Assembly: GCF_000018785.1 (NCBI RefSeq)
Contig: NC_010163.1
Coordinates: 390,001-422,000 of the forward strand
DNA: 32,000 nt
Reading direction: 5' to 3'
Origin: Acholeplasma laidlawii PG-8A
Lineage (GTDB): Bacteria > Bacillota_I > Bacilli_A > Acholeplasmatales > Acholeplasmataceae
In this document: positions 1 to 11,171 of the stretch, piece by piece
How the letters are laid out: every line of letters starts with the position of its first letter
Position numbering within the stretch: the first letter of the stretch is position 1
The notes under the pieces: model-generated
What the model was told of the DNA's origin: nothing
The model's database searches: none
The model's input: the letters and a program-made list of their open reading frames with translations, nothing else
Translations under genes and position numbers: made by a program

Positions 1-573
1 ATCGAATTACCACCGTTTACACTCATTGGTGCAACCACTAGATTTGGTGATTTATCACACCCGTTAAGGGAACGATTTGGTGCTGTATTTAGATTAAGTT
101 ATTACAAGTTAGAAGAAATCAAACAAATTGTAAGAAGAACTTCTAAAGTATATCAAAATGAAATTGATGAAAAAGCAGTAGATGAATTATCTAAGCGTAG
201 TAGAGGTACACCTAGAATAGCAAACCGTCTATTTAGACGCGTAAGAGACTTTGCTGAAATTATGACAGATGCCGTGATAACACTAGATATTACACAGTTA
301 GCATTGACCAAATTAGGCATTGATCATAAGGGTCTGGATGCATCAGACTATTTATATTTAAGAGGCATTGTAGAGCGATTTAATGGTGGTCCTGTTGGAC
401 TTGAATCACTGGCTTCTACAATTGGTGAAGAACCAGGAACAATTGAAGATGTATATGAACCTTACTTGTTACAGGAAGGTTATATTAAACGTACACCAAG
501 AGGTAGAGTTGCAACAGAACTTGCATACAACCTTTTAGGTGTGAAATATTATAAAGGATTATTAGACAATTGA
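1..573 (+). CDS. ruvB: Holliday junction branch migration ATPase RuvB, 3' part (5' end outside window)
   Basis: Frame 1 is open from base 1 ([27 protein letters not shown]...) and continues into the ORF-track protein ending ...[13 protein letters not shown]. It has the RuvB sensor/arginine-finger region and C-terminal winged helix. Confidence 0.96.
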   Translation: MELPPFTLIGATTRFGDLSHPLRERFGAVFRLSYYKLEEIKQIVRRTSKVYQNEIDEKAVDELSKRSRGTPRIANRLFRRVRDFAEIMTDAVITLDITQLALTKLGIDHKGLDASDYLYLRGIVERFNGGPVGLESLASTIGEEPGTIEDVYEPYLLQEGYIKRTPRGRVATELAYNLLGVKYYKGLLDN

Positions 574-1589
574 AATTAGAATTATTTGATTATGATTTAC
601 CCAAATCACATATAGCGCAACATCCAAAAGATAAACGAGACCACTCAAAATTATTGGTTGTTGATAGAGAAAAACAAACAACAAAAGATTGTTTGTTTTA
701 TGACATCTTAGATGAGTTAAGTAGCAATGATGTACTAGTTATGAATAACACAAAAGTTATCCCTGCAAGATTAATTGGTGAAAAGATCGATACGCATGCA
801 GTCATTGAAGTTTTACTACTTAAAGAGTTAGAAAAAAACACTTGGGAAGCTTTAACGAAACCTGCCAAAAAAATTAAAATTGGTACTGTAGTAAGTTTTG
901 GTGATGGTGCACTTAAAATGGAGTGTATTGGCATTAAAGATGAAGGTATTCGCATCTTTAAAGCAATCTATGAAGGTATATTTTTAGAAGTACTAGATGC
1001 TTTAGGTACCATGCCACTACCACCTTACATAACGGAAAAATTAGAAGATAAATCAAGATATCAAACTGTTTATGCAAAATATGCAGGATCTGCTGCAGCA
1101 CCTACTGCAGGACTCCATTTTACCAAAGAACTTTTAGAAAAGATTAAAGCCAAAGGTGTTCAAGTATTAGAAATTACACTCCATGTTGGTTTAGGTACAT
1201 TTAGACCAGTTCAAGTAGATGATGTATTAGAACATCAAATGCACTATGAAAGTTATGAGATAAACGAAGAGACTGCCCGATTATTAAACCAATATAAAAA
1301 AGAAGGTAAAAGAATTATCGCAGTTGGTACAACCACTGTAAGAACACTAGAATCTAACTATAATGATGGATTCCATGCAGGTAATTACTCAACCAACATC
1401 TTTATTTATCCGGGATATCAATTTAAGATCATTGGTGCGATTATCACTAATTTCCATTTACCAAAATCAACGCTCATCATGTTGATTTCAGCATTCTATA
1501 ATAGAGAAAAAGTGCTTGAAGTCTATGAAGACGCAGTGAAAAAAAACTACCGCTTTTTCTCATTTGGCGATAGTATGTTTATTAAATAA
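570..1589 (+). CDS. queA: S-adenosylmethionine:tRNA ribosyltransferase-isomerase
   Basis: 339 aa with typical QueA motifs ([45 protein letters not shown]). TTG start overlaps the ruvB stop. Confidence 0.97.
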   Translation: MKLELFDYDLPKSHIAQHPKDKRDHSKLLVVDREKQTTKDCLFYDILDELSSNDVLVMNNTKVIPARLIGEKIDTHAVIEVLLLKELEKNTWEALTKPAKKIKIGTVVSFGDGALKMECIGIKDEGIRIFKAIYEGIFLEVLDALGTMPLPPYITEKLEDKSRYQTVYAKYAGSAAAPTAGLHFTKELLEKIKAKGVQVLEITLHVGLGTFRPVQVDDVLEHQMHYESYEINEETARLLNQYKKEGKRIIAVGTTTVRTLESNYNDGFHAGNYSTNIFIYPGYQFKIIGAIITNFHLPKSTLIMLISAFYNREKVLEVYEDAVKKNYRFFSFGDSMFIK

Positions 1590-2415
1590 TATATAAAGTA
1601 ATTGAAACTAGACCAACTGTTAAAGCATATAGAGAAAACCAAATTAAATTTTTAACAGTGACATATTTGTGCATGATCTTTATAGTTAATAACGAGAAGA
1701 TAAAACTAAATATAAAAGCAAGACTAAATCCTGGGATATCACTCATTGTTCCAGGATTTTTTATTGCATCATATAATCCTAGACCTGAAACAGGTATACT
1801 AATAAGTAAATAACATAGAAATGAAAAACGCATAACTTTTTTGATTTCAATTTTTTGACTCAAACCACCCACTAAGGTAATACCTGATCTACTAATACCT
1901 GGGAATACTGCAAACATTTGAATTAAACCAATCACACCGGCATTTTTAAATGTAATATCATTTGAAAACTTTTTGTTTCTTAAAAGGAAAACTAAGAATA
2001 ATAAGAGTGATGTTATGATAAGAGAAATACCTATGCTTAATAAATTTGTAGGTAGATAGTCTTTAATGAGTAATCCTGCAATCCCAATAGGCACAATGGC
2101 GATAATAAGTTTAACTGCATAACTAATGTTTTCTTGAACTATTATTTCTTTTCTTTTTTCTTTATTGAAAACAAAATTAAACGAATCGACTACTAACTCT
2201 TTAACATCTTTGAAATAATAGATTAGCAAAGCTAGAAATGAGCCCATATTGGTTATCATTAAAAATAATGTAAGTGTAGCATTTATATCTTCTCCACCTA
2301 AAAATAAATTAGAAAATAATACTAAGTGGCCAGAGCTGGACACTGGAAATATTTCAGTGACCCCTTGAATAATACCTAAAATTATATATTTAATTAACTC
2401 TATAATGTAATCCAT
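1582..2415 (-). CDS. uppP: Undecaprenyl-diphosphatase UppP/BacA family
   Basis: 277 aa polytopic membrane protein with [20 protein letters not shown] and FPGISRSG motifs, diagnostic of the BacA/UppP family. Confidence 0.95.
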   Translation of the reverse strand: MDYIIELIKYIILGIIQGVTEIFPVSSSGHLVLFSNLFLGGEDINATLTLFLMITNMGSFLALLIYYFKDVKELVVDSFNFVFNKEKRKEIIVQENISYAVKLIIAIVPIGIAGLLIKDYLPTNLLSIGISLIITSLLLFLVFLLRNKKFSNDITFKNAGVIGLIQMFAVFPGISRSGITLVGGLSQKIEIKKVMRFSFLCYLLISIPVSGLGLYDAIKNPGTMSDIPGFSLAFIFSFIFSLLTIKIMHKYVTVKNLIWFSLYALTVGLVSITLYII

Positions 2416-2436
2416 CCTATCAAAACCCTTCTAAAC

Positions 2437-2458
2437 GTTATAATAAAGTTATTATAAC
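2437..2458. promoter_or_regulatory. Perfect inverted repeat GTTATAATAA-ag-TTATTATAAC with a TATAAT box on each strand, between divergent genes
   Basis: Read directly: 10-bp arms with a 2-nt centre, in the gap between uppP (-) and the 2530 gene (+). Confidence 0.55.
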
Positions 2459-2478
2459 ATATCAAGTTCATTAAAAGA

Positions 2479-2507
2479 TTGAAATTTTGGTGAAAAAAAC
2501 ATATAAT
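2479..2507 (+). promoter_or_regulatory. Putative housekeeping promoter TTGAAA-N17-TATAAT for the 2530 gene/ptsH/DUF368 cluster
   Basis: TTGAAA at 2479-2484, 17-nt spacer, TATAAT at 2502-2507, 22 nt before the ATG at 2530. Confidence 0.75.
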
Positions 2508-2529
2508 AAGTATTAAGGAATGTGATAGT

Positions 2530-2886
2530 ATGACAACTGAACAAATAATAGCATTAAGCATATCATTAGCAGTGATTGTATTAGGTGTAACTTACCTATA
2601 TATATATCACAGAAAAAATCAAAAAAGTTCTAAAGGAACTGCAGTTTTAGATGTACAAAGACTTTTAGAAGCACTTGGTGGTAAGGAAAATATTAATGGT
2701 ACATTTTTAGATCATAAAAGATTAAAAATCCAGCTTAATAATCCTAAACTGGTTTCACAAGCACTTTTAAAGACATTAGATATATCTGGCTTTTTAACTG
2801 GTAAAGAGTTGAAATTATTAATTAAAGATAATCCTATAGAGGTAAAAAATAATTTAGATAAGTTAAGAAATGAGGTAAGACAATGA
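2530..2886 (+). CDS. Membrane-anchored PTS EIIB-like domain protein lacking the phosphocysteine
   Basis: N-terminal TM segment followed by 'LLEALGGKENINGTFLDHKRLKIQLNNP...', which resembles the start of a glucose-family EIIB domain (LGGKENI..LDAC.TRLR) with the Cys position replaced. Confidence 0.6.
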   Translation: MTTEQIIALSISLAVIVLGVTYLYIYHRKNQKSSKGTAVLDVQRLLEALGGKENINGTFLDHKRLKIQLNNPKLVSQALLKTLDISGFLTGKELKLLIKDNPIEVKNNLDKLRNEVRQ

Positions 2887-3155
2887 AACAAAAATTTGTT
2901 ATCGTTTCAGAGTATGGGCTACACGCTAGACCGGCTACTCGTTTAGTAAATCAAGCAATGGGGTTCCAAAGTGAAATCACTTTAACCGCCTTTAACCGCA
3001 CAGTGAACTTAAAAAGTATCATGGGCGTTATGAGTCTTGGTATCTACAATGGTGAAATCGTAGAAATAAAAGCTGAAGGTGAAGATGCAAAAGAAGCTAT
3101 CGCTGGCATTACTGATTTCATGATATCCGAAGGATTAGGACAAATTAGCAAATGA
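2883..3155 (+). CDS. ptsH: Phosphocarrier protein HPr
   Basis: 90 aa with the GLHARPAT active-site His motif and the KSIMGVMSLG regulatory Ser motif. Overlaps the upstream gene by 4 nt. Confidence 0.93.
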   Translation: MKQKFVIVSEYGLHARPATRLVNQAMGFQSEITLTAFNRTVNLKSIMGVMSLGIYNGEIVEIKAEGEDAKEAIAGITDFMISEGLGQISK

Positions 3156-4054
3156 TTAAAAAGGTACTCCAAGGTATGCTTATTGGTGTTGGAGCGATTT
3201 TACCTGGAGTAAGCGGTGGTATGATTGCTGCCGCTTTTAATATATATTCCAAGTTGATCGAAGCACTCGATAAAGTAACTAAAACGCCAATTAAGGCGGT
3301 CCTTTCAATATGGGAATACATTTTGGGCATCTTACTAGGTGTCCTAGTAGGATTTTTAGTGATTGCATATGTCTTTTACTTAATCCCTATTCCTAGTACA
3401 TTATTATTTATTGGTTTAATCTTAGGTGGTATACCTGAAATCTATAAACTAGCAGAAGAAAAGACTAGAAAATATAAGCCAATCATTATGTTTTTAATAA
3501 CCTTTATATTAATGATAAGTTTTACAATATTTGCACCATATCTTGCTCAAACAGATACATCCAATACGAACTTTGTACTTTGGATAGTTGTAGGGGTACT
3601 ACTGGCGGTCAGTTTAATTGTTCCAGGCTTAAGTGGTACGATGCTTATGTTAATTATTGGTTATTATGGACCACTCATCTTACTAGGTAAAACACTTATA
3701 GAAGCTGTATTTACTATTAATGTTGAGTTATTTATGAACAATATATTTTCTTTAGTATTTGTAGCAATAGGTATTATACTTGCATTTATTTTACTTGGTA
3801 AAGTATTTAATTATGTATTAAAGAAAGCACCAAAACTCTTCTATCAATTAATATTAGGTATTATTGTGGCTTCACCAATTAATATTATTTTTAGTTTAAA
3901 CGACGATTTACGACAAAGTGAAACACCAGTGCACATATTTGATTTTAGTAATCAGTGGTATATGTGGCTAATCGGTTTATTATGTATACCAATAGGTATA
4001 TATTTAGCCAGACTCTTTAGTAAGGAAGAAAAATATGAGACAAAAGAAAATTAA
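3152..4054 (+). CDS. DUF368 family membrane protein (related to PopT-type polyprenyl-phosphate transporters)
   Basis: 300 aa polytopic protein with the paired repeat motifs GAILPGVSGGMIAAAFNIY and SLIVPGLSGTMLMLIIGYYG typical of DUF368. Confidence 0.85.
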   Translation: MIKKVLQGMLIGVGAILPGVSGGMIAAAFNIYSKLIEALDKVTKTPIKAVLSIWEYILGILLGVLVGFLVIAYVFYLIPIPSTLLFIGLILGGIPEIYKLAEEKTRKYKPIIMFLITFILMISFTIFAPYLAQTDTSNTNFVLWIVVGVLLAVSLIVPGLSGTMLMLIIGYYGPLILLGKTLIEAVFTINVELFMNNIFSLVFVAIGIILAFILLGKVFNYVLKKAPKLFYQLILGIIVASPINIIFSLNDDLRQSETPVHIFDFSNQWYMWLIGLLCIPIGIYLARLFSKEEKYETKEN

Positions 4055-4643
4055 AGATGCAACGATTGAAAATCTAGAAAAGTTAGGTGTTTTATTAGCG
4101 CCTACACCACTTAAAGTAGATGCTTCAAAAAAGATCACATTAGAAATTGGTAGTGGTAAAGGGCGTTTTATCACATCACTTGCTAATGATTTCCCAGAAG
4201 AAGTATTTATTGCAGTAGAACGTGATCAAAATGTGTGTTACCGTTTAGCGCAAAAAAAAAGTGTTTTAGAGTTGAAAAACTTGATTGTTATTATGGATGA
4301 TGCAGAAAAATTAAATGAATATTTAGTGGATGTAAAAGTAGATAACCTACATTTAAATTTCTCTGACCCATGGCCAAAGAAAAAGCACCATAAACGTAGG
4401 TTGACTTATCCTACGATGTTAAATCAATATAAAAACTACTTAAAAAAAGATGGAAAAATCATCTTTAGAACAGATCATGCAGATTTATTCGTTGACTCAT
4501 TTCAATACTTTAACGAAGCATCGTTCATTGTATCAGATTGTAACTGGGCACTTGCACCATCAGATTATATGACAGAATATGAAGTTAAGAAACGTGTAAG
4601 TGGTCCAATATATCAATTAATAGCGGAGCAAAATCATGACTAA
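4035..4643 (+). CDS. trmB: tRNA (guanine-N7)-methyltransferase
   Basis: LEIGSGKGRFI, NLHLNFSDPWPKKKHHKRRL and FRTDH motifs of TrmB. Confidence 0.95.
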   Translation: MRQKKIKDATIENLEKLGVLLAPTPLKVDASKKITLEIGSGKGRFITSLANDFPEEVFIAVERDQNVCYRLAQKKSVLELKNLIVIMDDAEKLNEYLVDVKVDNLHLNFSDPWPKKKHHKRRLTYPTMLNQYKNYLKKDGKIIFRTDHADLFVDSFQYFNEASFIVSDCNWALAPSDYMTEYEVKKRVSGPIYQLIAEQNHD

Positions 4644-5682
4644 TCATTATAAAAATTTAAGTGTAATACCAGGGATATCTGGTAATGAAAATAGAGTACG
4701 TTCCTACATGGAAAGTGTAATGCAAAAATACCCTGATTTCGAAATTAAAAAAGATAGATTGGGTGGTATTTTTGCCTATAAAAAATCAACTAATAAAGAT
4801 GCAAAAACACTCTTAATTGCTGGTCACATGGATGAAGTTGGTTTAATGGTAAAACATATTAGACCAAATGGAGCTATTGAAGTACTTCCGATCGGTGGAC
4901 TATCAGGTGATGTTTTTATATCTCAAATCATGTATGTATATACAAATGATGGTAAAAAAATACCGGGTGTAATTGGTAGTATTCCACCACACCTAAAACA
5001 AAGTAATAATGTGGATATTGCAAATTTACTATTAGACGTTGGATCAAGCAGTAAAGAAGAAACATTAAGTTTTGGCATTAATTTAGGTGACATGGTGTTA
5101 TTTGATACACCTTACATAGAAACTATGAACGGTAAAAGGTGGATATCAAAGGCTATTGATAACCGCTTTGGTTGTGGCTTAGCACTAGAAGCTATTGAAC
5201 ACTTTAGTGGTAAGACATTTGATTATAACTTAATTATTGGTGCAACAACACAAGAAGAGGTGGGATTAAGAGGTTCTGAAATAGCGACTAACTTATTCAA
5301 ACCAGATATGTTTATTGCACTTGATTGTTCGCCACTTAATGATATTCATGATAAAGACTCTATGTCTAAATTAGGTGATGGTTTTTTATTAAGAATATTT
5401 GACCCCAAGAATATTATGTTATTTCCATTAAAAGAATATTTTAAGTCATTAGCTAACACACATCAAATTAAGTTTCAAGAGTATGTTTCAATGGGTGGAA
5501 CCGATGCTGCAAAAGCCATTGATATGCATGAAGGTATTCCTTCTACAACAATCGGTTTACCTGCAAGATATATTCATTCTAGTGCAGCAATTGCAGATTT
5601 ATTTGATTTAGCAGAGGCTAGAAAGATGCTATTTACACTCATTAGTGATTTAACTAGTGATAAAATTAAGTCATTCTACTAA
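4636..5682 (+). CDS. M42 family metallopeptidase (glutamyl aminopeptidase/endoglucanase-like)
   Basis: LIAGHMDEVGLMV, KAIDNRFGCGLALE, GATTQEEVGLRGS and GRYIHSS-like motifs. Confidence 0.93.
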   Translation: MTNHYKNLSVIPGISGNENRVRSYMESVMQKYPDFEIKKDRLGGIFAYKKSTNKDAKTLLIAGHMDEVGLMVKHIRPNGAIEVLPIGGLSGDVFISQIMYVYTNDGKKIPGVIGSIPPHLKQSNNVDIANLLLDVGSSSKEETLSFGINLGDMVLFDTPYIETMNGKRWISKAIDNRFGCGLALEAIEHFSGKTFDYNLIIGATTQEEVGLRGSEIATNLFKPDMFIALDCSPLNDIHDKDSMSKLGDGFLLRIFDPKNIMLFPLKEYFKSLANTHQIKFQEYVSMGGTDAAKAIDMHEGIPSTTIGLPARYIHSSAAIADLFDLAEARKMLFTLISDLTSDKIKSFY

Positions 5683-5693
5683 GGAGGTATAAT

Positions 5694-6533
5694 ATGGAAA
5701 CTTATACATTAAACAATGGTAAGAAAATTCCTAAATTCGGTTTAGGAACCTTTAGGGTTGAGGCTGGTGAATCAGCATATGATACTGTGAAACTCGCATT
5801 AAAGATAGGATACAGACATATTGATACAGCCATAATGTATGGCAACGAATCAGATATAGGTAGAGCTATAAGGGACTCAGGTATTCCAAGAGAAGAGATA
5901 TTTGTTACATCTAAGCTTGCTAAACACTATGATGGAGATATTGTTCTTATCAAAGAGGCTTTAGATAAATCTTTAAAAACATTAAATATCGGATATATTG
6001 ATTTAATGTTAATTCATTGGCCTGATCATGATCACCACATCAATGATTTAATTTGGAAAATTTTTGAAAGTTATTACCAGGAAGGATTATTTAAATCGAT
6101 TGGTGTATCTAATTTCCAAATTCACCATTTAGAAAATTTACTTAAAAAAGCTATAGTAAGACCAGTAATGAATCAAGTAGAATGTCATCCACTATTAAGT
6201 CAAGTACCTTTACAAAAATACTTAACTGATAATGATATTTTAATGACTTCCTACGGGCCACTTGCAAGAGGTGAAGTCTTTACTGGTAAAACACATGAGG
6301 TATTAGAAGAAATTGCGAAACAATATGGTGCAACAGTTGCACAAGTTATTGTTCAGTGGGGGCTAGCAAGAGGCATTGTAATGATTCCAAAAAGTGTCCA
6401 TGAGGAAAGGTTAATTGAAAACTTTAAGGGGCAAGAATTAGTACTTGCACCTGAAGATATTGAAAAAATTAATCAACTTAATAGAGGCAGAAGACTCTAT
6501 TCTGATCCAGATAACAACATCAATTTTTTATAA
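5694..6533 (+). CDS. Aldo/keto reductase
   Basis: GTFRVEAGE...GYRHIDTAIMYGNE...DLMLIHWP...SIGVSNF...NQVECHP AKR family motifs. SD AAGGAGG just upstream. Confidence 0.94.
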   Translation: METYTLNNGKKIPKFGLGTFRVEAGESAYDTVKLALKIGYRHIDTAIMYGNESDIGRAIRDSGIPREEIFVTSKLAKHYDGDIVLIKEALDKSLKTLNIGYIDLMLIHWPDHDHHINDLIWKIFESYYQEGLFKSIGVSNFQIHHLENLLKKAIVRPVMNQVECHPLLSQVPLQKYLTDNDILMTSYGPLARGEVFTGKTHEVLEEIAKQYGATVAQVIVQWGLARGIVMIPKSVHEERLIENFKGQELVLAPEDIEKINQLNRGRRLYSDPDNNINFL

Positions 6534-6558
6534 ATTAATACAGCAAGAAAATACTTTT

Positions 6559-6592
6559 AAAGATAATCATTCTTGTTATAATGATTATCTTT
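6559..6592. promoter_or_regulatory. 13-bp perfect inverted repeat AAAGATAATCATT/AATGATTATCTTT enclosing a TGTTATAAT extended -10 element, upstream of parE
   Basis: Read directly: arms 6559-6571 and 6580-6592, TATAAT at 6577-6582 with TGT immediately before it. Confidence 0.6.
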
Positions 6593-6635
6593 TAATGTAT
6601 AATAGAGATATAATTTCAATGATTGGAGTACAACT

Positions 6636-8591
6636 GTGGCAAAAACAAATTATGACGAGACGAGTATTCAAATATTAGAAGGACTAGAGGCTGTACGAAA
6701 AAGACCGGGTATGTATATTGGTTCAACTGACCATAGGGGATTACATCATTTGGTTTGGGAAATCGTAGATAACGCGATGGATGAAGTATTAGCTGGTTTT
6801 GGTAGTGAAATTACAGTAACAATCAAACCTGACAATGCAATCGAAGTACTAGATGATGGACGCGGTATGCCATATAAAAAACATACATCTGGGGTTCCAA
6901 CTACCCAGGTTATTTTTACTGTTTTACATGCAGGAGGTAAATTTGGTGGCGATGGTGCATATAAAGTAGCTGGTGGTTTACACGGTGTTGGTTCATCTGT
7001 AGTAAATGCATTATCCTCTGTCTTGGAAGTTACTGTATATAAAGACGGCGGTATTTTCAGACAACGTTTTGAAAATGGTGGTAAAAAGATATTTAACCAA
7101 GAAAAAATAGGAGATACTAAAAAAACTGGTACACAAGTATACTTTAAACCAGATCCGTCTATTTTTTCTACAACGCTTTATAACTACGATACGATTAAAG
7201 AACGATTAAAAGAATCTGCTTACTTAATTAAGGGTCTAAAAATTAATCTTATTGATGAAAGAAATAATAAAAAAGAAACCTTTAAATTTGATGAAGGTAT
7301 TAAAGCCTACGTGGAGTTTATGAACACTGGTAAAAATGCACTACACGATGTAACGGATGTGGAGGGCACTTTTAATACTGCTAAAGATAGTGCAATTGAA
7401 GTCGAAGTTGCCTTACAGTATACAGATAGTTATAGTGAAAATATTATTTCGTTTGTAAATAACGTACGTACCAAAGATGGTGGTACCCATGAAATTGGGT
7501 TTAAATCTGCACTTACTAAAGTTATTAATGACTACGCTAGAAAATATAATCACATAAAAGAAAAAGATAGTAATATTGATGGCGTAGACATTAGAGAAGG
7601 GCTAACCGCTATTGTATCATTACGTATACCTGAAACAGTCCTAGAGTTTGAAGGGCAAACTAAAGGTAAGCTAGGAACACCAGAGGCAAGAAATGCACTA
7701 GAGACAGTATTTTATGAAAAGTTTAACACCTTTTTAGAAGAAAATTCGGATGCTGCTTTATCTATTATTACGAAAGCTGTTGCTGCAGCTAATGCTAGAG
7801 AGGCTGCAAGAAAAGCACGTGAAGAAGCTAGAGCTGGTAAGAAAAGAAGTAAAAAAGAAGTTATTCTTTCAGGTAAATTAACTCCTGCTCAAGGTAAAGA
7901 TAAATCAATTAATGAACTCTTCTTAGTTGAAGGTGATTCTGCTGGTGGTTCTGCTAAACAAGGTAGAAATAGACGCTTCCAAGCGATTTTACCGCTACGT
8001 GGTAAGGTGATTAACACAGAACGCACCAACACAGAAACCATCTTAAAAAACGAAGAAATTTCGACCATGATCTACACCATTGGTGCTGATTTTGGTGAGG
8101 ATTTTGATATTAAAAAGTGTAACTATAATAAAGTGATTATTATGACTGATGCCGATGATGATGGTGCGCATATTCAAACACTTCTTTTAACATTCTTCTT
8201 TAGATACATGAGACCATTAATTGAAGCGGGTAGATTATATATTGCACAGCCTCCATTTTATAAAGTAACTTACAAGAAAAACAAAAAAGAAGAAACTGTT
8301 TATGCTTGGAGTGATGAAGATTTAAAAGAAACACTTGAATCCATTGGACAAAACTACATGATTACACGTTTTAAAGGGTTAGGCGAAATGAACTTTTATC
8401 AGTTATGGGAAACTACAATGAATCCTGAGTCACGTACACTGATTCAAGTTACAATCGATGATTTAAACGTTAGTGATAAGCACATTAGTGTATTAATGGG
8501 TGACCAGGTTGCACCAAGACGTGAATGGATTGAAGCAAACGTTGATTTTGAAGTAACTGATGAATTTGACATAGAAGGTAAGGTAAGATGA
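6636..8591 (+). CDS. parE: DNA topoisomerase IV subunit B
   Basis: GHKL ATPase and TOPRIM motifs. The sequence [38 protein letters not shown] matches ParE better than GyrB, and it is followed by parC. Confidence 0.93.
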   Translation: MAKTNYDETSIQILEGLEAVRKRPGMYIGSTDHRGLHHLVWEIVDNAMDEVLAGFGSEITVTIKPDNAIEVLDDGRGMPYKKHTSGVPTTQVIFTVLHAGGKFGGDGAYKVAGGLHGVGSSVVNALSSVLEVTVYKDGGIFRQRFENGGKKIFNQEKIGDTKKTGTQVYFKPDPSIFSTTLYNYDTIKERLKESAYLIKGLKINLIDERNNKKETFKFDEGIKAYVEFMNTGKNALHDVTDVEGTFNTAKDSAIEVEVALQYTDSYSENIISFVNNVRTKDGGTHEIGFKSALTKVINDYARKYNHIKEKDSNIDGVDIREGLTAIVSLRIPETVLEFEGQTKGKLGTPEARNALETVFYEKFNTFLEENSDAALSIITKAVAAANAREAARKAREEARAGKKRSKKEVILSGKLTPAQGKDKSINELFLVEGDSAGGSAKQGRNRRFQAILPLRGKVINTERTNTETILKNEEISTMIYTIGADFGEDFDIKKCNYNKVIIMTDADDDGAHIQTLLLTFFFRYMRPLIEAGRLYIAQPPFYKVTYKKNKKEETVYAWSDEDLKETLESIGQNYMITRFKGLGEMNFYQLWETTMNPESRTLIQVTIDDLNVSDKHISVLMGDQVAPRREWIEANVDFEVTDEFDIEGKVR

Positions 8592-11161
8592 GTAAAATTG
8601 ACAAAAAACTAGACAAATTCATAGAAGAAAAAATTGAAAAAGTTCTCTTAGAAGATATTATGTCTTCTAGATTTGGACGATACTCTAAATATATCATTCA
8701 AGATCGTGCACTACCAGATGCTAGAGATGGTTTAAAACCAGTTCAACGTCGTATTTTATACGCAATGGGACAAATGGGTTTAGCCTTTAACAAATCATAT
8801 AAAAAATCTGCAAGAATTGCAGGAGAAGTTATGGGGAAATATCACCCTCATGGGGATTCATCTATTTATGAAGCAATGGTTCGTATGAGCCAGGACTTTA
8901 AAATGAGAGTACCTCTAGTTGATATGCATGGTAACAATGGTTCCATAGATGGTGACTCTGCTGCGGCAATGCGTTATACCGAGGCTAGACTATCTAAAGA
9001 AGCAGAATTTTTACTTAAAGATATCGATAAAAGAACAGTAAACTTTGTACCTAACTTTGATGATGAGGAACAAGAACCTACCGTATTACCCGCACGTTTT
9101 CCAAACTTACTTGTCAATGGTGCAATGGGTATTTCAGCAGGTTATGCAACAAAAATACCACCACATAACTTAAATGAAGTCATTGATGCAACGATTGCTT
9201 TAATTGATAATCCAAATATTACAAATGATGAAATATTAAAGTATATAAAAGGACCGGACTTCCCAACAGGTGGTATTGTTCAAGGTAAAGCAGGTATTAA
9301 AGAAGCACTCACCACAGGTAGTGGGAAAATTATTATCAGGGCTAAGATGAATGTCGAAGAGATGAGTAAATCTCAAGACCGTATTGTGATTACTGAAATA
9401 CCTTATGAAGTTAATAAAGCAGATTTAGTGCGTCAAATTGATAATTTACGTATCAATAACAATATCGAGGATATCTTAGAAATCCGTGATGAAACGGACC
9501 AAGAAGGTCTAAGAATTGCCATTGATCTTAAAAAAGGTGCAGATGCACAATTTATTCAAAACTACTTATTAAAATCAAGTGATCTTCAAGTAAACTACAA
9601 CTATAATATGGTTGCTATTTTAAAACACCGTCCAGTTTTATCTGGTGCTTTTGAATTATTAAAAGTGTATTTAGAACACCAAAAAGAAGTAGTAACCAAT
9701 AGATCTAATTATGAATTAGAACGTGCAACAAAAAGAAATCATATTGTTGATGGTTTAATTCAAATGACTTCTGTTGTATCAGAAGTTATTGAAGAAATTA
9801 GAAAATCTAAAAATAAAGCAGACTCAAAAGAAAATATCCAAAAGCGTTTTGGTTTTTCAGAACTACAAGCTGAAGCGATTGTCATGCTTCAACTATATAG
9901 ATTATCTACAACCGATATCCAAGCACTACTAGATGAAAAAGATACTTTATATAAAGAAATTACTAGACTAGAACAAATATTATCGAATGAACGTATTTTA
10001 CTTAAGACCATCAAATCTGAACTTCAAGAAGTTCAAACACTACTTCCCTCACCTAGACGTACCGAACTAGAAGCGGAAATTGAAACGATAAAGATTGATG
10101 AAAAAGATCTCATCTCAGATGAACAAACCTATGTAGCTATCACTAAAGATGGTTACGTAAAACGTGCCTCACTAAGATCTGTTGTAGCATCTAAAGAAGT
10201 AGGTTTAAAAGAAAATGATGCAATGCTTTATGAAGAAGAATTAAACACACTAGATACCTTACTCTTATTTACAAATTTAGGTCAATATATTTATTTACCG
10301 GTATATAAAATAGAAGAACAAAAATGGCGTGATCTCGGTGTTTATATTAATAACATTGTACCTACCTCAAAAGGTGAAACTATTATACGTGTTTTAAAGG
10401 TCAGTGATTTTTCAATTGATCAAAAAATATTGCTTACAACAAAACAAGGACAAATGAAACAAGTAAATCTAGCAGATTTTGAAGTTTCAAGGTATAATAG
10501 ACCGTTACGCGCAATGAAGTTGTCAAAAGACGATGAATTAGTATCTGTTGACTATAACCAACTAGACAATATAGTAGCTATTTCTAAACATGGTTATGTC
10601 TTAAGATTCGATACAGAAGAACTGCCAGTATATGGTTTAACCGCTGGTGGGGTTAAATCTATGGCATTAGCAGAAGGTGATGAAGTTGCAGTAGCATTTT
10701 ACGCTAAAGAATCAGATGATTTTTACTTCTTAACATCACGCGGGCATATCATTAAAGATACAGTATTAGAATTACCTAAATACGCTAGAAATAGACGTGG
10801 TATTATTTTAGTAGATCGTATTAAAACATCTCCTCATTTCATAATCTCAGCATCTAGAGTATCCAAAACACAAATCAAAGAAGATGTAAAGGTACGTATT
10901 TTATCCACTAAAGAAGCGCTGATTACTACAGTATCTGACTTAAAATATGTTGCGAATAAATATGGAAAGAAAATGGTAGAGGACGGTTACTATTTAGAAA
11001 TATACCCAGCAGAAACTGAAGAAAAAGATACGCCAGTACAACCAAAAAAAGAAGTAAAAAAAGATGATACATTACAAGCTAAAGTCATTGAAGAAACAAT
11101 ACAAACAAAACAAAATCAAAAGTTAAGACTATCAAGGCTTGATTTATTTGATGAAGAATAG
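8588..11161 (+). CDS. parC: DNA topoisomerase IV subunit A
   Basis: [52 protein letters not shown] and [16 protein letters not shown]. 4-nt overlap with parE. Confidence 0.94.
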   Translation: MSKIDKKLDKFIEEKIEKVLLEDIMSSRFGRYSKYIIQDRALPDARDGLKPVQRRILYAMGQMGLAFNKSYKKSARIAGEVMGKYHPHGDSSIYEAMVRMSQDFKMRVPLVDMHGNNGSIDGDSAAAMRYTEARLSKEAEFLLKDIDKRTVNFVPNFDDEEQEPTVLPARFPNLLVNGAMGISAGYATKIPPHNLNEVIDATIALIDNPNITNDEILKYIKGPDFPTGGIVQGKAGIKEALTTGSGKIIIRAKMNVEEMSKSQDRIVITEIPYEVNKADLVRQIDNLRINNNIEDILEIRDETDQEGLRIAIDLKKGADAQFIQNYLLKSSDLQVNYNYNMVAILKHRPVLSGAFELLKVYLEHQKEVVTNRSNYELERATKRNHIVDGLIQMTSVVSEVIEEIRKSKNKADSKENIQKRFGFSELQAEAIVMLQLYRLSTTDIQALLDEKDTLYKEITRLEQILSNERILLKTIKSELQEVQTLLPSPRRTELEAEIETIKIDEKDLISDEQTYVAITKDGYVKRASLRSVVASKEVGLKENDAMLYEEELNTLDTLLLFTNLGQYIYLPVYKIEEQKWRDLGVYINNIVPTSKGETIIRVLKVSDFSIDQKILLTTKQGQMKQVNLADFEVSRYNRPLRAMKLSKDDELVSVDYNQLDNIVAISKHGYVLRFDTEELPVYGLTAGGVKSMALAEGDEVAVAFYAKESDDFYFLTSRGHIIKDTVLELPKYARNRRGIILVDRIKTSPHFIISASRVSKTQIKEDVKVRILSTKEALITTVSDLKYVANKYGKKMVEDGYYLEIYPAETEEKDTPVQPKKEVKKDDTLQAKVIEETIQTKQNQKLRLSRLDLFDEE

Positions 11162-11171
11162 AGGAAAAAGT

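Noticed and set aside
698-955. Antisense ORF inside queA, and similar track ORFs at 3145-3330 (-), 8485-8697 (-), 15490-15687 (-), 18689-18931 (-), 23539-23730 (-) and 24169-24399 (-)
   Set aside because: They lie opposite, or mostly opposite, better-supported genes, have no family motifs and no convincing SD. They are most likely spurious.
6445-6678. + strand ORF spanning the aldo-keto reductase/parE gap
   Set aside because: It overlaps both genes and covers the palindromic promoter region. The protein sequence is low-complexity-like with no recognised motif.
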